Assembly: GCF_029504745.1 (NCBI RefSeq)
Contig: NZ_JAQFIQ010000056.1
Span: forward strand, 1 to 12,534
Direction of reading: 5' to 3'
DNA length: 12,534 nt
From: Breznakia sp. PF5-3
GTDB lineage: Bacteria > Bacillota_I > Bacilli_A > Erysipelotrichales > Erysipelotrichaceae
Numbering within the stretch: the first letter of the stretch is position 1; each line of letters opens with the position of its first letter. Positions 7,203 to 12,534 of this stretch are shown here, one piece after another. Under the pieces are notes generated by a model. It did no database searches. It was not told the DNA's origin and saw only the letters and a program-made list of their open reading frames with translations. The position numbers and the translations under genes are program-made.

Positions 7203-7411
7203 GTACTATCCATACTTTCAATCGCCATAATTAACTATATAGTTTATTTATATCTTCCATTTTTTCACAAAAGTTTGCGGATCTTGTGAAAGCCTTTTAT
7301 GGTTAAATCTACTATATAAATTTTCCTATTCATCTTCATAAACTACTCTATACAATTAATGTTGATTTATATTTAACTGTTTTTTAATTGAACAAATTAA
7401 AACAAACTTGT

Positions 7412-9949
7412 TTATTCACTTAATCTTTCCACAATACTTTGCTTTTCTACTCTTCTATAAATAAGAATAGGCAACATGACAGAAATAATTGTAATAATTG
7501 CAACCAACATAATAACTGCGGTTGTTGGGTAAGTAAAAACTATTTTAGCTTGTCCTGCTTGAATAAAGTTACTAATAAAATATAAGAAACCACTTCCGAT
7601 ACTTATCAATAACGCAATCACAACAAGGCTGTATAGTATACCCTCCCATACTAATAGTTTTCGTAATTGCGTCCTTGTCATTCCAATGCTCTCTAGCATA
7701 ACCAATTCACGTCTTCTATTAGTCAGCGAAGTGTGCATAACATTGAAATAATTAAAAATTGCCATACCAAATAAAATAAAACTCATTGAATATAGTAAAA
7801 TTTTTATCGAGTTAATATAATCAATCGCTTCTTTCTCTGCAACATATTTTGCGAATACTTCGATTTTCGGAAGTGCCTCTTGGGTAAAATCTTTATTCTG
7901 TAATCTCATGATTTCATTGATAATATTATGAACTTCTATTTCTTTTCCTTCTTCAACAAAAATGTATACCCTATTAACTTCCTTATCAATTCCTAACTTT
8001 TCAAACCCTGATTCACTAATTAATATATATGGGTAATAAGTTGTGTTAGTAGACATATTTTTAAAATTAGGAAATCCTCGCATTTGTAAATCCAAATAAC
8101 CTCCAAATGTAAATTTTGCAAGCTCTTCATCTTTTCGATTATAGATTGTTACAAGTTCGCCATTCACTTCCTTTGCTTCTTTTTCCATTTTTTCCGAAAA
8201 GACATGGTGTTGCAAATTGAAGACTGTTTCACCTCGAACAAAACTTTCGATATCAATATCCAATTTATTTTCTTTTATAAATGATTCGAATTTTTGAATT
8301 TCATCATTGTCCACAATACGTAATCCGCTTACATATACTTGTCTTTCTTCTTCTATTTCTCCTTCTGCTTTTTGAAGTGGCTTCCAGACTTTATCATTTA
8401 TATTCAAATGTACATAAGCTTGATAAGTGGTGTCCATTGATGTAATTCCATCAATCTTCTTCAATTCATTTATAAATGATTCACTTAAATAAGTATCTTC
8501 TGAAATGAAATTTGAAGCATTCATATTCCATTCTGTCAAAGCAAAATCTGCTTCATTCTTATACATATTGGAATAATCTAAAATTTGAATTGCCATAATT
8601 GAACCAATACTTAATAAGCTAGCAACAAACAATGAAATGATTGTTTTAAAAAAGCGACCGCGATTCTTACTAATATTACGCCATGCCATTTTTCTAATTG
8701 AAATACTTTTCTTTGTCTGAATTTCTTTACTACTAATTTTATTTTTTCCATAAGTATAATACAATGCATCTTTTGGAGATATTGCATAGACTACCTTTAA
8801 CGGCAATAACATACTAATCATTGATATTATTCCTACAAACCCAATTACAATAAATAATAGCCACCATCGGATTGTAATAACTTCACCAATTGCAACACCT
8901 TCATTGGTTGTCAAACCGGATAATAAAAGAGGTAAAAGAAAGCGAACAATCATAAATGATAAACTACTTCCCAAAACTATTCCAGTTGCCACAATCCTTA
9001 TAATCTGTTTTTTTAGAATTAAGAAAATTTGTTTTTTTGTTGTTCCTATTGTTCGTAATAAACCTAATTCACGTACACTCTTTTCCAATGAAATTTGCAT
9101 AATATTATTGATTAATAGAAATACACTTATCACAATAATAGCACACAACATAATTGCTGTATCATAATTTCCATAAACAGTTTGCACTGCTGCATAAGTT
9201 AGTGTATCAGCAGCAACAAATTGCTGTATATCATCAATCGTTTCAATCTTCTCATACAAAATACTTTCTATTTCTTCAAACAATAAATGATCTTGTTGCT
9301 TCATTATCAATAAATCTGATTGATTTAATGATCTTCCACTTTTTTCCAAATAAGGGATTGAAAAGAAAGCACTTGGCAATGACATATGAGAATCTACATA
9401 CTCTTCAAAATATCCACTCAATATAAATATTTCATCCTTTGTATTATCTTTATCATCTCTCAATGTCAGTTCTATTTCCATTCCTATTTTGGGCTTTATA
9501 CCAAGCTCTTCTAACACTTTCATTGGTAACATAACTTCATTCTCTTGGGTAGGATAACCACCATGTATGTTGCTAAATGCTGGCCTATATAGCTCTTTAT
9601 AAGCAACATCATCAACAACTTTTCCTATAAATAGTTGATGATTATCTTTCTCTCCCATACCAACACTTGATTCTTTTCCAACGATTTCTAAGCAATCCAA
9701 TGTTTTCGCTTGTTTATACTGTTCTGCTGTCGGACGATCCAAATAAACAGTTGCTAAACTTCCCGATTTTCTTGCATACATTAAATACTCACTATCTACT
9801 TGCGCAAATGAAATACTAGTAATACAAAACAATAAAATTACTGCAAAACTAATTGCGCCAATTAGCAAACTATTTCGAGAACGATTATTTTTATAACTGT
9901 TTTTTGCAAGATTTAAAATCACTGATGTATTATTATTTTTAATCATCAT
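7412..9949 (-). CDS. ABC transporter permease, tandem FtsX/MacB-type (8 predicted TM, two large extracytoplasmic domains)
   Basis: 845 aa. Two repeated modules: basic N-terminal segment (NSYKNNRSRNSLL / RNISKNRGRFFKT), one TM, a ~215-aa or ~255-aa hydrophilic domain, then 3 TM. The FtsX loop signatures are RELGLLRTIGTTKKQ and RELVMLESIGMTRTQ. ATG 9949 lies 1 nt after the ATPase stop. Confidence 0.9.
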   Translation of the reverse strand: MMIKNNNTSVILNLAKNSYKNNRSRNSLLIGAISFAVILLFCITSISFAQVDSEYLMYARKSGSLATVYLDRPTAEQYKQAKTLDCLEIVGKESSVGMGEKDNHQLFIGKVVDDVAYKELYRPAFSNIHGGYPTQENEVMLPMKVLEELGIKPKIGMEIELTLRDDKDNTKDEIFILSGYFEEYVDSHMSLPSAFFSIPYLEKSGRSLNQSDLLIMKQQDHLLFEEIESILYEKIETIDDIQQFVAADTLTYAAVQTVYGNYDTAIMLCAIIVISVFLLINNIMQISLEKSVRELGLLRTIGTTKKQIFLILKKQIIRIVATGIVLGSSLSFMIVRFLLPLLLSGLTTNEGVAIGEVITIRWWLLFIVIGFVGIISMISMLLPLKVVYAISPKDALYYTYGKNKISSKEIQTKKSISIRKMAWRNISKNRGRFFKTIISLFVASLLSIGSIMAIQILDYSNMYKNEADFALTEWNMNASNFISEDTYLSESFINELKKIDGITSMDTTYQAYVHLNINDKVWKPLQKAEGEIEEERQVYVSGLRIVDNDEIQKFESFIKENKLDIDIESFVRGETVFNLQHHVFSEKMEKEAKEVNGELVTIYNRKDEELAKFTFGGYLDLQMRGFPNFKNMSTNTTYYPYILISESGFEKLGIDKEVNRVYIFVEEGKEIEVHNIINEIMRLQNKDFTQEALPKIEVFAKYVAEKEAIDYINSIKILLYSMSFILFGMAIFNYFNVMHTSLTNRRRELVMLESIGMTRTQLRKLLVWEGILYSLVVIALLISIGSGFLYFISNFIQAGQAKIVFTYPTTAVIMLVAIITIISVMLPILIYRRVEKQSIVERLSE

Positions 9950-9950
9950 C

Positions 9951-10616
9951 TTATCCTACCAATCCATCCTCAATACGAATAATACGATCACATAGTTGTG
10001 CAATTTCCTCACTATGTGTAACAACAATGATTGTTTGTTGATATTTTGCAGCACTCATCTTTAATAATTCAATTACTTCCATACTTGTTTTTGAATCTAA
10101 ATTTCCTGTTGGTTCATCGGCTAATATGATTGCCGGTTTATTAACCAAAGCCCTAGCAATTGCTACCCTTTGCTGTTGTCCTCCTGACAAATTCAAAGGA
10201 ACTGTATGTATCTTTTCCTTTAATTTCAATGTATCAATAATATTATCTACAAATTCTACATCTATTTGTTTTCCATCTAGTTGTAATGGCAACACAATAT
10301 TTTCATATACATTTAATGTAGATATTAAATTGTAATTTTGGAACACAAAGCCAATATTTCTTCTGCGAAAGATTGTCAATTCTTTATCCTTTAATGTTTC
10401 AATATCAGTATCTAATATCGTAACACTTCCTTTACTTGAATAATCCAATCCTCCTATCATATTTAATAATGTTGTTTTTCCACTTCCGGATGTTCCTACG
10501 ATTGCAACAAATTCACCCTGCTCAATTTCAATATCAACACCTTGTAATGCGTGTACTTCAACCTCACTTCCCTGCTGATATACTTTCTTCAAATCCTTCG
10601 TTTTTAGTACTATCAT
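9951..10616 (-). CDS. ABC transporter ATP-binding protein (MacB/LolD/BceA-like)
   Basis: Walker A GTSGSGKTT, Q-loop FVFQNYNL, signature LSGGQQQRVAIARAL, Walker B IILADEPTGNLD, H-loop VTHSEE. RBS AAGGAGA upstream of ATG 10616. Confidence 0.95.
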   Translation of the reverse strand: MIVLKTKDLKKVYQQGSEVEVHALQGVDIEIEQGEFVAIVGTSGSGKTTLLNMIGGLDYSSKGSVTILDTDIETLKDKELTIFRRRNIGFVFQNYNLISTLNVYENIVLPLQLDGKQIDVEFVDNIIDTLKLKEKIHTVPLNLSGGQQQRVAIARALVNKPAIILADEPTGNLDSKTSMEVIELLKMSAAKYQQTIIVVTHSEEIAQLCDRIIRIEDGLVG

Positions 10617-10645
10617 TATATAATCTCCTTCATTTTACTAACTTC

Positions 10646-10681
10646 ATTATAGAAGACAATTATTACAAACTTATAACAAAT
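10646..10681 (-). promoter_or_regulatory. Activator-type promoter of the ABC genes with an 11-bp direct repeat (candidate response-regulator box)
   Basis: Minus strand reads TTTGTTATAAG (10680..10670) and TTTGTAATAAT (10669..10659), identical at 9/11 positions. Seven nt follow, then TATAAT (10651..10646). The -35 position reads ATAAGT (poor), which fits activator dependence. Confidence 0.4.
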
Positions 10682-10705
10682 AAAAGGAAACTTTCAAAGT
10701 TTCCT
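10676..10705 (-). terminator. Rho-independent terminator after the histidine kinase gene
   Basis: Minus strand reads AGGAAACT-ttgaa-AGTTTCCT followed by TTTTATTTGTT. The stem overlaps the kinase TAG stop (10704..10706). Confidence 0.6.
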
Positions 10706-11696
10706 ATTTTGGTAACACAACTAAAAAAATTGTTCCTTTTTCTTTTCGCTTTACTTTTATATATCCCTCATGTGCTTGAACAATCATTCTTGTTATATAT
10801 AAGCCTAAACCAAAACCTTTTTGATTACTTACTCTATTTCCTCTATAAAAACGTTTAAATACTACCGCCTCTTCTTCTATATCAATTCCAATGCCATTGT
10901 CTTCAATTTGAATTTGGGTAAACATATCATTCTCATTTATTGAAATATATATTTCTTCATTTTCACTTGAATACTTAATTGCATTATCAATGATATTAAC
11001 AAGTGCTTCTTTCATCCATTGAAAATCATGAAATAGTTCATACGTATTTTTTTCATCAAAACAAAGCTGAATATTTTTACTATTCGCAAAATCATTCATT
11101 GATAAAATTGCTTCGCGAATTGTTAGTGTCAATGATTGCTTGTTTAATTTCAACTGAATAATTTTTCCTTCGATTCGTGACATTCTAATAAAATTTTCAC
11201 TTAAAAACGACATTGTCTGCATCGCTTTCTCAACGCTTTCAATATACTCTTGCTGTTCTTGGTTAAGTTCTTCCTTCTCCAATAATTCTAAGTATAATTT
11301 CATATTTGCCAATGGTGTTCTCATTTGATGAGCAATATCATTAATTAATAGTCGTATTTCATCGCGATCTTTTTCTATTTCTTCTTGTTTGGAAATAAAT
11401 AAGGTATTCATTTTTTCTAATTGATGGTGTATTTTAGAAGACATATATTCATCATTCAACAATCCAATTTTTATCTTCTCTTGATTTATCATTTGATCAA
11501 TTACAATTGATAATTCATTTAATTCCTTTTGCATAGTATTTCTTTCCACCAAAATCATAATAATCCCATAAGCAGTGATTGCAATACTAGCAAATATAAG
11601 TATTAAATTATGATACATTAATCCATAGATTACAATACCAACTAAAAGAAGTCCATATCCAAGAAGCATACCTTTCTCTTTTATCCACCTTATCAT
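10704..11696 (-). CDS. Intramembrane-sensing histidine kinase (BceS-like)
   Basis: Two N-terminal TM helices are joined by a ~3-residue loop (…GIVIYGLMY-HNL-ILIFASIAI…), with no extracytoplasmic sensor domain. H-box DIAHQMRTPLANM, N-box IIDNAIKYS, G1 IEDNGIGI, G2 GFGLGLYI. The preferred start is ATG 11696 (MIRWIKEKG) with GGTGA upstream, 1 nt after the RR stop. The ORF-track start at 11732 would overlap the RR gene by 35 nt. Confidence 0.9.
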   Translation of the reverse strand: MIRWIKEKGMLLGYGLLLVGIVIYGLMYHNLILIFASIAITAYGIIMILVERNTMQKELNELSIVIDQMINQEKIKIGLLNDEYMSSKIHHQLEKMNTLFISKQEEIEKDRDEIRLLINDIAHQMRTPLANMKLYLELLEKEELNQEQQEYIESVEKAMQTMSFLSENFIRMSRIEGKIIQLKLNKQSLTLTIREAILSMNDFANSKNIQLCFDEKNTYELFHDFQWMKEALVNIIDNAIKYSSENEEIYISINENDMFTQIQIEDNGIGIDIEEEAVVFKRFYRGNRVSNQKGFGLGLYITRMIVQAHEGYIKVKRKEKGTIFLVVLPK

Positions 11697-11697
11697 T

Positions 11698-12363
11698 TTA
11701 ATCACCAAAATGATATCCACTTCCAAATACATTTTTAATATATGCTTTGGAATTCTTATCTAATTTTTTTCGTAATCTACTAATCGTAACGGTAACGCTG
11801 CTTTCATCAACATATTGTTCTTTTGCATCCCATACACTTTCAAGAATTAATGTTTTACTTATTACACGGTTTTTATTCCTCATTAATAAATGCAACACAT
11901 CAAACTCATTGTTGGTTAACGCAATTGGTGTTCCTGAAACTTTTACTTCGCGACGATCAACATTCATCTCTAAATGATTATATTTCAATACATTACTTTT
12001 ATTTTCATTGCGCCGCAACACTACCTCAATTCGTTTTAATAGTATTTTCATTGAAAATGGTTTTACAATATAGTCTTCACATCCACTATCATATGCTTTT
12101 ATCATATCAACCTCATCATCTTTTGCAGTTAAAAAAATTACTGAAACATTGGTATCTTTTGAAAAGTATTTATATATTTCAAACCCCTCACCATCTGGCA
12201 AACCAATATCAAGTAATAATATTTGGATATTTTCTTGCTTAATCATCTGTATCCCCTCATGAACACAATATGCTTGAAACACTTTATATCCATTCTTTTC
12301 TAATAGCAATTTTATTGCATGATTTAATTGCTTATCATCTTCAATTATTCCTATTGTTGTCAT
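11698..12363 (-). CDS. OmpR/PhoB-family response regulator (BceR-like)
   Basis: Receiver motifs IIEDD, LLLDIGLPDGEG, FLTAKD, YIVKPF. C-terminal winged-helix domain (LTNNEFDVLHLLMRN...VTISRLRKKL...GSGYHF). The preferred start is ATG 12363 (MTTIGIIEDD) with GGTGA upstream. The ORF-track start at 12375 is a TTG. Confidence 0.9.
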   Translation of the reverse strand: MTTIGIIEDDKQLNHAIKLLLEKNGYKVFQAYCVHEGIQMIKQENIQILLLDIGLPDGEGFEIYKYFSKDTNVSVIFLTAKDDEVDMIKAYDSGCEDYIVKPFSMKILLKRIEVVLRRNENKSNVLKYNHLEMNVDRREVKVSGTPIALTNNEFDVLHLLMRNKNRVISKTLILESVWDAKEQYVDESSVTVTISRLRKKLDKNSKAYIKNVFGSGYHFGD

Positions 12364-12534
12364 TTTTATCACCAACCACTATAAACTCATCTTATCAAAT
12401 ACCTATTCTTATGTAAAATAATTATGTGAATTTCTATTAGGTAGTGTAAAATATCTTGTGTAAACTCCTAGGGCTACCAACCTAGGATAGATAGCTAATA
12501 TAGAAAAAGGGAGCCATTCCTAGTAGAATTAATT

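Noticed and set aside
192-7310. 11-nt match TATGGTTAAAT between 192..202 and 7299..7309
   Set aside because: In a 12.5-kb window of ~28% GC, many 11-mers are expected to match by chance. There is no extended flanking similarity.
7265-7339. 24-aa minus-strand sORF (MKMNRKIYIVDLTIKGFHKIRKLL*) downstream of the permease gene
   Set aside because: No Shine-Dalgarno sequence and no recognisable motif. ORFs of this size are expected by chance.
192-12242. Eleven ORF-track entries antisense to the larger genes (192..407, 600..926, 1518..1733, 4295..4537, 5150..5347, 8904..9167, 9154..9426, 10126..10335, 10436..10858, 11747..11977, 11823..12242)
   Set aside because: All lie inside, or substantially overlap, the opposite strand of long ORFs with clear family motifs. 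They have low-complexity Leu/Phe/Ile/Lys-rich translations typical of shadow frames in AT-rich DNA, with no SD sites or recognisable motifs.
2145-12375. Longer N-terminal extensions in the ORF track (GTG 2161, ATG 5208, ATG 11732, TTG 12375)
   Set aside because: Downstream ATGs have better-placed SD sequences (AGGAGG or GGTGA at 5-7 nt) and avoid long overlaps with the upstream gene. The choice changes coordinates by 36 nt or less and does not affect the functional calls.
12412-12464. Three TGTAAA motifs on the plus strand upstream of the response-regulator gene (GTGTAAA at 12444 and 12458, ATGTAAAA at 12411), considered as an autoregulatory RR site or overlapping TTTACA -35 boxes
   Set aside because: The hexamer is short and AT-rich, the spacings are irregular (14 and ~33 bp), and it differs from the 11-bp repeat at the ABC promoter. 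I cannot separate it from chance or choose one promoter without data.
12466-12487. Hairpin TCCTAGG-N8-CCTAGGA near the right edge
   Set aside because: There is no U-tract on either strand and the flanking gene is outside the window, so it cannot be assigned as a terminator or an operator.

Overview
The window is low-GC (roughly 27-30% by eye) with Firmicutes-style Shine-Dalgarno sites. It holds three units and no RNA gene, CRISPR array, transposase, integrase or long terminal repeat that I can see. (1) A minus-strand lactose/cellobiose-family PTS operon runs 5534->230 in the order EIIB, EIIC, GH1 6-phospho-beta-glucosidase, EIIA, LicR/MtlR-type PRD activator. It has a sigmaA-like promoter, with two tandem palindromes immediately upstream as candidate activator sites. 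(2) A ~710-bp non-coding spacer is followed by a plus-strand, translationally coupled pair of small uncharacterised genes (6247..7127). One encodes a 2-TM membrane protein and the other a soluble protein, and both show PH/GRAM-like strand patterns. The pair has its own terminator. (3) A minus-strand Bce-like antimicrobial-peptide sensing/detoxification module runs 12363->7412 in the order OmpR-family response regulator, intramembrane-sensing histidine kinase, terminator, new promoter, ABC ATPase, 845-aa FtsX/MacB-type permease. The most notable observations are these. The GH1 enzyme is otherwise well conserved but carries Gln (CAA) where the family's acid/base Glu sits (TFNQIN), as in plant myrosinases. 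The orphan two-gene PH-like cassette lies between the sugar operon and the Bce-like module. The permease is a tandem 4TM+4TM protein with two large extracellular domains, not the canonical 10-TM single-ECD BceB layout. All homology statements come from motif recognition by eye; no database search was run.
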